Positions 18,023 through 26,931 of a stretch of DNA of 64,000 nt are shown one piece after another. The DNA comes from Bacteriovorax sp. GTDB taxonomy: Bacteria > Bdellovibrionota > Bacteriovoracia > Bacteriovoracales > Bacteriovoracaceae. How positions within the stretch are numbered: position 1 is the first letter of the stretch; each line of letters opens with the position of its first letter. Where the stretch lies: positions 636 to 64,635 of the forward strand of contig JAGOVS010000004.1 in NCBI GenBank assembly GCA_018060625.1, written 5' to 3'. The position numbers and the translations under genes are program-made. The notes below the pieces were generated by a model. That model searched no databases. It was given only the letters and a program-made list of their open reading frames with translations, and was not told where the DNA came from.

Positions 18023-18847
18023 ATGACAAATTGGTATTATGTTCAAGGATCTGAGCGAGTCGGTCCCGTGACAGAAGAATTTCTAAATCAATTATTTCAA
18101 AAAGAAGATATTACTCATGAAACTTATATCTGGAAGAAAGGATTTAAAAATTGGGAGAAATTAAAGGATGTAAGTGAACTTCATTTTTCAAAAATGCCTT
18201 CTTCGAAAAAAGAGATAACGAAAGAGATAACGAAAGAGATTACGAAAGAGATAACGAAAGAGATAACAAAAGAAATTCGAAATGAAATGAAAGCGGAGGG
18301 GAAATCTCCTGACATAAAACTCCAATTTGAATGGAATTCCCTATCAGATAAAGATGAAAAGTTTTTTATAAAAATAGGAAATGATCGTAGAGCTAAAGTT
18401 GGGGCAACTGTTTTTGGACCCTATTCCCTTATAGAATTAAGAGAAGCTTTAAAGGAAAAAAGAATCAATAGTCGTACACTTCTTTTTGCTGCGGGGATGC
18501 AAGGCTGGGTTGAAGTTGGTCAAACTCCACTAGACCCAAATAATGATAGGCTAAACTTACAGCTTGTGAAAGATTCGGCCCCATTAATAATGATTATGGA
18601 ATTTCTACCAAGACCGCTAATTACGCTTGTTAGTCGAGCTGGAATTAAAGAATGTTCTTTGTTAGGATTAAGTCCCTCCCAAATAGGAAAAGATGTGTTA
18701 TGTTCGCTTTATTTAGGAACGGAACTAAAAGAAAAAAATATAAAGTTGAAACTTGAGCATTATAATCCTAAGCAACAAGAAGTTGTTTGCAAAATTGTTG
18801 AAATGAATGATGGAGCTCAACGAATCATGCGGAACTATGTAGAATAA
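18023..18847 (+). CDS. Double GYF_2-like domain protein with KEIT tandem repeats
   Basis: WYYVQGSERVGPVTEEFLNQLFQKEDITHETYIWKKGFKNWEKLKDV is the first GYF_2-like module. A second follows (VFGPYSLIELREALKEKRINSRTLLFAAGMQGWVEVGQ). (KEIT)x5 lies between them. The C-terminal ~90 aa may be PilZ-like, but no clear RxxxR/DxSxxG motif is present. Confidence 0.55.
   Translation: MTNWYYVQGSERVGPVTEEFLNQLFQKEDITHETYIWKKGFKNWEKLKDVSELHFSKMPSSKKEITKEITKEITKEITKEITKEIRNEMKAEGKSPDIKLQFEWNSLSDKDEKFFIKIGNDRRAKVGATVFGPYSLIELREALKEKRINSRTLLFAAGMQGWVEVGQTPLDPNNDRLNLQLVKDSAPLIMIMEFLPRPLITLVSRAGIKECSLLGLSPSQIGKDVLCSLYLGTELKEKNIKLKLEHYNPKQQEVVCKIVEMNDGAQRIMRNYVE
18209..18280 (+). repeat. In-frame 12-bp tandem repeat (AAAGAGATAACG), about 6 copies
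   Basis: Five near-identical units at 18209-18268 encode KEIT. A sixth diverged unit (AAAGAAATTCGA) encodes KEIR. Confidence 0.9.
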
Positions 18848-18851
18848 AATA

Positions 18852-19778
18852 ATGAAGACAGTAATGGCTTGGAAAAAATTAGAAAATGGTATTTCTGTTG
18901 GGCATTTTAACTCAGTTGATTCTATTCCTGGATTTAATTGCAGTCAGGTTTATGTAAAAAAAATAGAGGCCATAGACAAAAATCCGGAAAAGGCAGTGAC
19001 CCTTTTTTTATTGCATGACATTGGTCAATATCATGGAAGATTTCAATCTTTCATAGAGTGGATGAGACAAAGAAATCCCTATGTGACTTTTGTTTGCATG
19101 GATTTTGTGGGGCATGGGCTTAGTTCGGGAACTCGTGGTCATTTTGAACAATTTGATTCATTGGTTAATGATTTCCATTACCTTCTTGAGCAGTTTTATA
19201 AAACCAAAGAGAATGGTGAAAGATGGATTCTTTTGGGACATGGAATGGGAGGACTTGTTGCACTCGATTTGATGAATCGTTTTCAGGATTCAGTAGAGGA
19301 TAAAGTTGATGGTCTCATTCTTTCCAATTTTATTTTAAAATTTTCTTCTTTTCTTCTTCGGACTGACAATATTTCGTTTTTTGAGAATGGTGGAATAAGT
19401 AAAATATTGTCCCATTCAAGACCTCTGCGCATTTATCGAGGACATGAAATATTATCTTGTCCTCAGGCCATTTTAAATTACGAAAAAGACCCAATGGTTA
19501 TCCATCGCCCAACGCTCAATAGTATTAAAGAAATACAAAAAAGGATGGTAAACGTCTATCATGATTCTTATTTTTTGAGCAAACCACTTATGTTGATTAA
19601 GTCTGAGAGCGGGGCCAATTTGCTAAGCAATGGGATGGATTATTTTAGCAGGGGAATAAAAAAAGGACTGTTAATGGAAAAGAAGTATTCCCTTATGAAG
19701 CATGACTTGTATAATGAGAGAGAAAAAGAAAGTGTATTTGAAGATATAATGAACTGGATGAATACCAATGAGAATTAA
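18852..19778 (+). CDS. Alpha/beta-hydrolase-fold protein (lysophospholipase/monoglyceride-lipase-like) lacking the nucleophile Ser
   Basis: The pattern LLHDIGQYHGRF...MDFVGHGLSSG...WILLGHGMGGLVAL matches the family. The nucleophile elbow reads G-H-G-M-G instead of G-H-S-M-G. Confidence 0.6.
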   Translation: MKTVMAWKKLENGISVGHFNSVDSIPGFNCSQVYVKKIEAIDKNPEKAVTLFLLHDIGQYHGRFQSFIEWMRQRNPYVTFVCMDFVGHGLSSGTRGHFEQFDSLVNDFHYLLEQFYKTKENGERWILLGHGMGGLVALDLMNRFQDSVEDKVDGLILSNFILKFSSFLLRTDNISFFENGGISKILSHSRPLRIYRGHEILSCPQAILNYEKDPMVIHRPTLNSIKEIQKRMVNVYHDSYFLSKPLMLIKSESGANLLSNGMDYFSRGIKKGLLMEKKYSLMKHDLYNEREKESVFEDIMNWMNTNEN

Positions 19779-20292
19779 AGCCTTGTTAATGTTAACTTTT
19801 TTAGCCTTTCTTGTCTCTTGTTCAAACTTGAGCAAGAACAGTGTCCAAGAAGCAAACTTGCCTCTGAAAAACGGAACTTTTAATGAAAAAATATGGAAAG
19901 AGGATTTAATTTTTCAAAGAATTTCTTGGTATCATGAACTCACTATGCAGTTTGATGTTTTATTGGCCCATGTCTCACCTCAGTCATCTTTTAATTTTTG
20001 GCTTTCTAAAGATGAACTGGATCAAATGGTGGGGTGTTTTGATTCAAGAGTTGTCTTGGCCTACTCTCTGGATACTAAGGAAATTCCTTATTCTGCACTT
20101 TATGATCAGTTAGAAAAATCGGGTTATAGTCGTTTTGATTTACTGAGTTTTAAGAAACATCTTTTAGGTCATCCAGACTCTCAAGTTAATGGCTTCCGTC
20201 TTTATCATATTTTTGGAATTTGTAAAAAAATGGATGATCATAAGTCCTTGATTATAAACTTCCCTGGTTATTCTGAAAAATCCGTTAAATGA
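19768..20292 (+). CDS. Hypothetical lipoprotein
   Basis: Signal peptide with lipobox LVSC. It overlaps the upstream stop. Confidence 0.45.
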   Translation: MRIKALLMLTFLAFLVSCSNLSKNSVQEANLPLKNGTFNEKIWKEDLIFQRISWYHELTMQFDVLLAHVSPQSSFNFWLSKDELDQMVGCFDSRVVLAYSLDTKEIPYSALYDQLEKSGYSRFDLLSFKKHLLGHPDSQVNGFRLYHIFGICKKMDDHKSLIINFPGYSEKSVK

Positions 20293-20346
20293 ATTTAAGT
20301 TTTTGATACTATTTTCCGATAAAATATATCGGGAGTAGAATAAATC

Positions 20347-22356
20347 ATGGGCGATACACAAAAACGCGAACGCTTTGGACGCTATTTGATATTAGATCAT
20401 CTAGTTGATGGTGGAATGGCCAAGATTTGTCGTGCTCGCTTTTTAGGCGAGCAGGCCGATAAAGTTGTGGCCATCAAAATGGTTCAACCTCAATTTTCCA
20501 AAGATCCTGCTTTTAAGACTATGTTCATGGATGAAATAAAAGTCACCTTTGGTTTACTTCATCCCAATGTCATTCAAACGTATGATTATGGAATTCATAG
20601 AGGCCAGCTCTTCGTTGCAATGGAGTATTGCGATGGGCGAAATCTCAAAGAATATTTAGATAAACTAAAAGAGCGGAAATTTGTTTTTCCCGTTGAAATT
20701 TCGACTTATATAATATCTCAAGCATGCCAGGGTCTTTATTACGCTCATACTTTTAGAGATAAATTATCTGGTGTACAAACAAATATTATCCACCGGGATA
20801 TCTCTCCACATAATATAATGCTCACTTATGATGGTGCTGTAAAAATTATTGATTTTGGTATTGCAAAGTCACAAACGAACTCCGAAATGACCCAAGCAGG
20901 AACGATTAAAGGGAAATTATCTTACCTCGCACCTGAGTATCTTGAAGGTCTTGAATTAGATCCTCGCTATGATCAATTTGCTCTTGGAATTACTCTTTGG
21001 GAAATGTTGTGTTCTCGAAAGCTATTCAAGGAAAATAATGATCTCGCTATCCTTAAGAAAATCCAAGAATGTAAAATTCCCCCTCCATCATCTATTAACC
21101 CAAATGTACCAAAAGAACTTGATGAAATTGTTTTAAAGGCCCTTAGTAAAGATCGTAACAAGCGATTTGAGAATCTTGATCAAATGAATCGTGCATTGAT
21201 GAAGTTTCTTTATGCTAAATATCCTGATTTTAATGGGACTGATCTTTCTTATTTTTCCCAAGAGCTATTTAGAGAAGAGATTAAAAAAGATCGAGAAAAG
21301 ATGTTTGAGTTTGGGAAAATTGATATTAAAGCTTATTTAGAAGAGCTAAAGAAGGAAGCAGAAAGTGGTGTTGCCAAAGAAAAGGACATAACACAGAGTC
21401 ATCAGCTTTCAGACGTTTCAAAATCTAAAGAGAATGTCATTGATTTTGGATTTGAAGAGCGCAAGTCAAAGGGATGGGTAACTCAGACTTCAAAAAAAAT
21501 AGGAAACCTTTCTGCAAAAGAAGATTCAACATCGAGTGAAATCATTTCAAAACCGCAGAAAAATCCATCAATGGAATTAGAAAGAAGTGCAAAATCCGCA
21601 AATCAGAAGTCAATGCTTCATAAAAGGGCCGAGTTGACGAGAACCTCGATAAATACTAAAGAAGAAAAGAATGACTATGCAAAAAAGAAAAATGCAGGTC
21701 TTATGATTGCCACTGTTTTTTTGGGAGTCGTTGCCATAGGCGCTTATCTTTATTTTTCGAGACTAAATCATAGACCAGTTGCTTTAATAGACAAAAATCT
21801 TCCTGTTTCCAAAAATCGTCATCCAGCACAAATGGCCAATGGTGCAAATCACGTTTCTGATGAAGAGGGAAAGGATAAAGGAAATATTGTATTATCTCAT
21901 TTTGATAAACAAAAAATGCAAGTCTTTGTTGATGGTCAGAGACGCGAGGTTGATCTCTTAAGTAGTATTAAAATACCCTTAGGAAAAGAGCTTACCTTAA
22001 GAGTTCAAATTGAAGGAAAACGGCATTTTGTTAAAGAAATTCGTGCGGATAATTCTTCGGCCATCGAAATTGAAATACCGGATATGCCGGCCATAGCTTA
22101 TGGATATATTAATACTTCTTCACGTTGTGCAGAAGGTGAAATTCGCTTTGAGCTTTATGGTGAAAAACGGGTAAGTGTAATACCGATGTCGGAAAGTTTT
22201 GGAATACCACTTCCTTTAGGCCTTGACGATAAAGGACAGATTACTCCTCAAAGTTATCAACTTTTCTTTAAAAAGAAAGATGAAGATATTGAGCATAAAA
22301 TCGAAGTCACGCTTAATCATGAAGATCAGACTGTTGATCTTTGTGATCAATTCTAA
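20347..22356 (+). CDS. Hanks-type Ser/Thr protein kinase with TM helix and PEGA-like extracytoplasmic domain
   Basis: VAIK lysine, HRDISPHNIML, DFGIAK and SYLAPE. TM helix AGLMIATVFLGVVAIGAYLYF. C-terminal MQVFVDGQRREVDLLSSIKIPLGKELTLRVQIEGKRHF resembles a PEGA domain. Confidence 0.85.
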   Translation: MGDTQKRERFGRYLILDHLVDGGMAKICRARFLGEQADKVVAIKMVQPQFSKDPAFKTMFMDEIKVTFGLLHPNVIQTYDYGIHRGQLFVAMEYCDGRNLKEYLDKLKERKFVFPVEISTYIISQACQGLYYAHTFRDKLSGVQTNIIHRDISPHNIMLTYDGAVKIIDFGIAKSQTNSEMTQAGTIKGKLSYLAPEYLEGLELDPRYDQFALGITLWEMLCSRKLFKENNDLAILKKIQECKIPPPSSINPNVPKELDEIVLKALSKDRNKRFENLDQMNRALMKFLYAKYPDFNGTDLSYFSQELFREEIKKDREKMFEFGKIDIKAYLEELKKEAESGVAKEKDITQSHQLSDVSKSKENVIDFGFEERKSKGWVTQTSKKIGNLSAKEDSTSSEIISKPQKNPSMELERSAKSANQKSMLHKRAELTRTSINTKEEKNDYAKKKNAGLMIATVFLGVVAIGAYLYFSRLNHRPVALIDKNLPVSKNRHPAQMANGANHVSDEEGKDKGNIVLSHFDKQKMQVFVDGQRREVDLLSSIKIPLGKELTLRVQIEGKRHFVKEIRADNSSAIEIEIPDMPAIAYGYINTSSRCAEGEIRFELYGEKRVSVIPMSESFGIPLPLGLDDKGQITPQSYQLFFKKKDEDIEHKIEVTLNHEDQTVDLCDQF

Positions 22357-22381
22357 TTTAATTTCTTTAATTCAGGTAACT

Positions 22382-23245
22382 CTATTCAGTTTGATCGTTT
22401 TTTGTTTGCTTAAAAATATTATTTTTTCTCATATTGAGAAGTTTCATAATGTCGGCCGCTGTTTCCTCAAGGGCCTTATCAGTCACGTTGAATACTGGCC
22501 ATCGCTTATTTTCTTTAAATATATTATTGGCCCATTCAATTTCTTCTACAATTTTGTTGTGTTCAGCATACTCGCCCTGGTGCTTGTCAGCTCCTAAGCG
22601 CTGAAGGCGATTTTTTCTAATTTCACTTAGTGAATCTGGGTCAATTGTAAGTGCAAAAATTTTTCGTTGATCAACTTCGATGAGCTCTTTAGGCAGGGGT
22701 TGATTTTTTATCATTGGAATATTAACTACCTTAATTCCATGCTGGGATAAGTAAACGGACAAAGGTGTTTTTGAAGTTCTAGAAACACCTACCAAGATGA
22801 CATCAGCAAGATGAAGGGAGGTGAGGTTTCTTCCATCGTCATGGTTAAGAGTAAATTCCATGGCCTCAACTCTTTTATAATAATCATCATTGACAGCTCT
22901 TAACAGTCCTGGCTCTGACATGGGTTCCTGGTTAAAGTAATTAGAGAATGCCGTTAAGGCCGGGCCGATAAGGTCGAGTGTTCGAACGTGTTTGGTGCGA
23001 GAAAGTTCAGCAATATATTCTCGTAATTTACCAGAAACGATGGTGTGAATAACTAGGTCATGATGGATTGCTGCTTCCGTAAAAATGGCATCAATTTGCT
23101 CAATAGTGCGAATGTTTTTATAGCGGGTAAAATAGACTTCTCTCTCTTTAAATTGGGCCATAACTGCCCTCGAAATGGCCGTCGCCGTTTCACCTGTTCC
23201 ATCCGAGATAATGATGATTTTTAAACGCTGGGTACCTAGTGGCAT
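22382..23245 (-). CDS. ppsR: PEP synthetase / pyruvate phosphate dikinase regulatory protein (kinase/pyrophosphorylase, DUF299)
   Basis: Family pattern IIIISDGTGETA...VILVGVSRTSKTPLSVYL. Confidence 0.8.
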   Translation of the reverse strand: MPLGTQRLKIIIISDGTGETATAISRAVMAQFKEREVYFTRYKNIRTIEQIDAIFTEAAIHHDLVIHTIVSGKLREYIAELSRTKHVRTLDLIGPALTAFSNYFNQEPMSEPGLLRAVNDDYYKRVEAMEFTLNHDDGRNLTSLHLADVILVGVSRTSKTPLSVYLSQHGIKVVNIPMIKNQPLPKELIEVDQRKIFALTIDPDSLSEIRKNRLQRLGADKHQGEYAEHNKIVEEIEWANNIFKENKRWPVFNVTDKALEETAADIMKLLNMRKNNIFKQTKNDQTE

Positions 23246-23283
23246 AAATGATCCTTTCTTTGCTTTAAAGCCTATGCCTTATC

Positions 23284-24249
23284 TTAGCATTTTCTTATGA
23301 ATTGCTCTACGTTCAAAAATATTTTATCTTGGTCGGTTAGTGGGTTGCAGGACAGTTTCGGAGAAATTTTATTAAAAAAAGTGCGTTGAGACTTCGCTAA
23401 TTGCCTTGTTGAAATGGAAATTCTCTCAATACACTCATGCTGATTTGCAAAGTGGCCAAGTTTGAATTCGATGGCCTCTTTATATCCGATAGATCTGAGT
23501 GGTTTTTCTGTTAAGCTAAATCCGCTTTGGATAAGTGACTCAATTTCTTCCATGAGTCCGTCACTAAACATCTTTTCGGTGCGTTCCTTAATAATATTAA
23601 AATGCTGCTCCTTGGGGAGATCTAAGTAGATATGGAGAATATTCCAAGGGTGAATAATCGTGCTAAAATTGTAGGGAGAGAGAGAGTCGAGTGCTTTTTT
23701 TTGATCAGAAATTTTAGTACCAGTCATTTCAAAATGTAATGCTGCTCGAATTAGGCGGTAATGGTCATTTATATGGAGATTGGCAAGGGATTCAGGATCA
23801 TGTTTCTTAAGATAATCAATGATGCTTCCTATTCCATTTTCTTTGTAAAGCATGTCAAATTTATTTTGAATTTCTTCACTTGGAGAAAGAGACTCGTACA
23901 TTCCTTTTAATAGTGCCCGAAGGTAAAATGCGCTTCCTCCTACAAGAATGACACATTTTTGCAGGGTCATTAGTTCTTTAATAAGGAACTCGCCTTGCTT
24001 AATAAAATCTGCAGCATTCATTGGAGAGGAGATGGAAGCGATATCGATCATGTAGTGAGGAATATTCTTTCTTTCTTTTTCAGTGGGTTTTGCAGTACCA
24101 ATTGAGATCTCTTTATAAAAAAGTAGCGAGTCGAAGTTGACGATGACTGTGGGGATTTGAAGATGAGTAATTATTTTTTCCGCTAGATCAATGCTTGTTT
24201 TTGTTTTTCCAGAAGCGGTAGGTCCAGAAAGAATAATCAACTTATTCAT
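23284..24249 (-). CDS. miaA: tRNA dimethylallyltransferase
   Basis: P-loop GPTASGKT followed by the IPPT pattern. Its start overlaps the mutL stop by 4 nt. Confidence 0.85.
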   Translation of the reverse strand: MNKLIILSGPTASGKTKTSIDLAEKIITHLQIPTVIVNFDSLLFYKEISIGTAKPTEKERKNIPHYMIDIASISSPMNAADFIKQGEFLIKELMTLQKCVILVGGSAFYLRALLKGMYESLSPSEEIQNKFDMLYKENGIGSIIDYLKKHDPESLANLHINDHYRLIRAALHFEMTGTKISDQKKALDSLSPYNFSTIIHPWNILHIYLDLPKEQHFNIIKERTEKMFSDGLMEEIESLIQSGFSLTEKPLRSIGYKEAIEFKLGHFANQHECIERISISTRQLAKSQRTFFNKISPKLSCNPLTDQDKIFLNVEQFIRKC

Positions 24250-25964
24250 TTGATTAAGCCTTTTAACGTATTAGTCGATAAGTGAAAAAGAAGAGCGAGT
24301 CTTTCAGCACTAGTGTCTTTCAAAATTTGAGAAATAAGATAATCAGGAATGCGAGACTCCTCCGGCCAGTTAATCTCTACAAAAGAAGAAAATTCTTTTT
24401 GGTCAAAACATAAAACCTTACTATTTTTAAAATAGGAGATTAGGCAATTGGTAATATCTCGAGAAATTACCTGGGGAACAAAACGAGGAAGAGTTCTCAA
24501 TGCAATTACTTCAGTATTAAGGCGATCAAGTTCAAAACCTAAGTTTTTTAATTCGTCAAAAGAGGCGTCAATTTTTCCTTTAGGGATTTTGAAAGGTTCG
24601 CTAATTAACAAAGGCCCCGATATCTCTTCACTCTCAATAAATTCTTTCAATGATTTCGAGAGATAATAGGCCATTATTTTTTTAATGCTGCCGATATAAA
24701 ATTGATTCTCAATTTTTAAGAGGAGAAATTGATCATCAATATGTCCTACAATGAATGGAGATGAAGGCTCATTCATATTGAAGGATTGCTCATCTGAAAA
24801 AAGAGGGGAAGGTGATTGCCCCCAGTTTTTTTGAGTCGAAAGAGATTGGGTTTGTCGGTTTAATAAATCAATGTTTTGATCTTGCTCTCTGGTAAAAAAG
24901 GGAATTTGCTCTAAATCTTTAGGCATTATGTTCGTAGGAATGGCCTTTTTCTTCATTGCCGACCGCAGGGAGCTAACGAGAAGAGAGAAAACAATATCAG
25001 ATTTTAAAAACTTGATATGGGTTTTATTAGGATGGACATTCACATCTATGTCTTCTGACGGTGTAGTAATCTTCACTATATAATGTCCACTTTCTCCATG
25101 CTTCCATAACGGATCAAGCGTTCTCAAGATGGCCTGATGAAGAGATTTGTCTTGAAAGAAGCGATTATTAGCAAAAAGATAATGATGACGAAATTGTGGA
25201 GTTGTATGAGTTGATGGAGTGAAATAAACTTCAACTCTATAATGCTCATATTCTTCAGAGGCCCACCAAATGGAATCGTTGTTTTCTTTGGTGATCTTTG
25301 GGAAAAAGACTTGTTGAACTCTGTTTAGAGGATTATTGGACTTGAAAATTTCTTTTTCTTTTTCGTCCCATTTTATTGAGAACGAGACATCTGGATTGGA
25401 TAAAACAAAAGCATAGAGCATTTTTTTTAAAGCTGATTTTTCGCTCACTTTTGATTTGATAAATTTTAATCGAGCAGGAGTGTTATAAAATAAATCTTTA
25501 ATATAAAGGGAAGTTCCATGAGTACTGGAATGGTAGGGAATCAGTAGCTCTTGGGAGCCGCCATGAATAATTATTTTCCCCCCCTCCGTATTACTGTCTT
25601 GAGGTTGGGATGTACATGTTACTCTGGCAGAAGCCGCTACGCTCGCCAAGGCTTCTCCTCTGAAGCCAAAGCTGTGTAAGTGAAAAAGGTCATCATAGGT
25701 TTTTAGTTTTGAAGTTGCGTGCCTTAGAAAAGCATAAGGTAGGTTCTCGAAACTTATACCGTGGCCATTATCTTCAATTGAGAGGAGATCAAGTCCATTT
25801 TCAATGAGGTGAATATTGATTTGGTTCGATTGAGCATCAAGGGAGTTCTCTATGAGCTCTTTGACTAAAGATGCAGGACGTTCGAGAACTTCACCAGCTT
25901 TTATTTGATCGATGATGTGTTCAGGAAGAATTTCAATTTTCGGATTGGAGTTTTTATTTGTCAT
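24246..25964 (-). CDS. mutL: DNA mismatch repair protein MutL (divergent C-terminal domain)
   Basis: GHKL N-terminal motifs IKAGEVLERPASLVKELIENSLDA, DNGHGI and GFRGEAL. The C-terminal domain lacks DQHA(x)2E(x)4E and CPHGRP-type motifs. Confidence 0.85.
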   Translation of the reverse strand: MTNKNSNPKIEILPEHIIDQIKAGEVLERPASLVKELIENSLDAQSNQINIHLIENGLDLLSIEDNGHGISFENLPYAFLRHATSKLKTYDDLFHLHSFGFRGEALASVAASARVTCTSQPQDSNTEGGKIIIHGGSQELLIPYHSSTHGTSLYIKDLFYNTPARLKFIKSKVSEKSALKKMLYAFVLSNPDVSFSIKWDEKEKEIFKSNNPLNRVQQVFFPKITKENNDSIWWASEEYEHYRVEVYFTPSTHTTPQFRHHYLFANNRFFQDKSLHQAILRTLDPLWKHGESGHYIVKITTPSEDIDVNVHPNKTHIKFLKSDIVFSLLVSSLRSAMKKKAIPTNIMPKDLEQIPFFTREQDQNIDLLNRQTQSLSTQKNWGQSPSPLFSDEQSFNMNEPSSPFIVGHIDDQFLLLKIENQFYIGSIKKIMAYYLSKSLKEFIESEEISGPLLISEPFKIPKGKIDASFDELKNLGFELDRLNTEVIALRTLPRFVPQVISRDITNCLISYFKNSKVLCFDQKEFSSFVEINWPEESRIPDYLISQILKDTSAERLALLFHLSTNTLKGLIK

Positions 25965-26872
25965 TGGCCTCTAAAAAAGTTTACTTGATTTCTGCCACCT
26001 TCCTTGGATTTGTAGACGGCATCATCAGCTCTTTTAAAGAGATCTGTTCCCGTGACTACTCCTTGGCGATAATCTGCAACTCCGATAGATGCTGTAACGG
26101 GAAGTCTTTTCCCATCGTAAAGAAACTCTTTGCTTTCAATTAATTTACGCAGACGTTCTGCTATTTCGAAAGACTGCTTAAGATTAGTCTTAGGCAAAAG
26201 AATGACAAATTCTTCTCCACCATAGCGAGCAAATACATCTTGATCACGAATACCGTTGGCCCTTATGACTTGGGCCATTTCTTTTAAAACATAATCTCCC
26301 GCATCGTGGCCAAAATTATCATTGAGTTTTTTAAAATGATCTAAATCAAAAATGACAAGGGAGAGTGGCTCACCAGTGACTTTGCATTTGTTGACTTCTA
26401 AAGTTATGCGGTTGTTGAAATATGATTTGTTGTAACAACCTGTATGTTTGTCAGTGTTGGCCTCTAGATTAAGTTTGTCATAGGTTAGTCTTTCAGTATC
26501 ACCTTTGGGAAGATATTTAAGGGCAATACTTCCAATTTTAATGATGTCCCCTTTGGCAAGAGGAGTAAGACCTTCAACTTTTTTATTGTTGAGATAAGTT
26601 CCATTTTTGGAGCCACAATCTTCTAAGATATGGGTCTCGCCATTTTCTAAAAGTTTGAAGTGATATCGAGAAACCCCGTTAAACTCTAGGGGGATTGTAT
26701 TGTCAGCATTTCTTCCAATGCTGACTTGTGAGACAACTAAATCAAAAAGAGTTCCATTTAAATCTCCACCAACAACGAGGAGGGCCGCAGGTTTTTGGAA
26801 TGCTTCTTTTTCTGAAGCTTGCAATGCTGCTCGAATGTCTGTTAAGACAATGGTGGTATCATCAGTACTCAT
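25961..26872 (-). CDS. FHA-domain diguanylate cyclase (DgcB-like)
   Basis: FHA pattern VSIGRNADNTIPLEFNGVSRYHFKL...GSKNGTYLN. GGDEF domain with active-site GGEEF and I-site RDQD positioned as RxxD-x3-RYGGEEF. Its stop overlaps the mutL ATG (ATGA). Confidence 0.85.
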   Translation of the reverse strand: MSTDDTTIVLTDIRAALQASEKEAFQKPAALLVVGGDLNGTLFDLVVSQVSIGRNADNTIPLEFNGVSRYHFKLLENGETHILEDCGSKNGTYLNNKKVEGLTPLAKGDIIKIGSIALKYLPKGDTERLTYDKLNLEANTDKHTGCYNKSYFNNRITLEVNKCKVTGEPLSLVIFDLDHFKKLNDNFGHDAGDYVLKEMAQVIRANGIRDQDVFARYGGEEFVILLPKTNLKQSFEIAERLRKLIESKEFLYDGKRLPVTASIGVADYRQGVVTGTDLFKRADDAVYKSKEGGRNQVNFFRGQ

Positions 26873-26931
26873 TGAGGGTTAATCCTTATTAAAAACGATA
26901 ATCAATGATTAATTTTAGCGAACACAGGGAA

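Noticed and set aside
18209-18280. Tandem 12-bp repeats considered as a possible CRISPR-like or regulatory array
   Set aside because: The units are contiguous with no spacers, in frame, and lie inside a well-supported coding region. This is a coding microsatellite, not a CRISPR array.
22223-22597. 124-aa plus-strand ORF bridging the kinase 3' end and ppsR
   Set aside because: It overlaps two supported genes in other frames or strands. Its hydrophobic low-complexity translation is typical of AT-rich noise.
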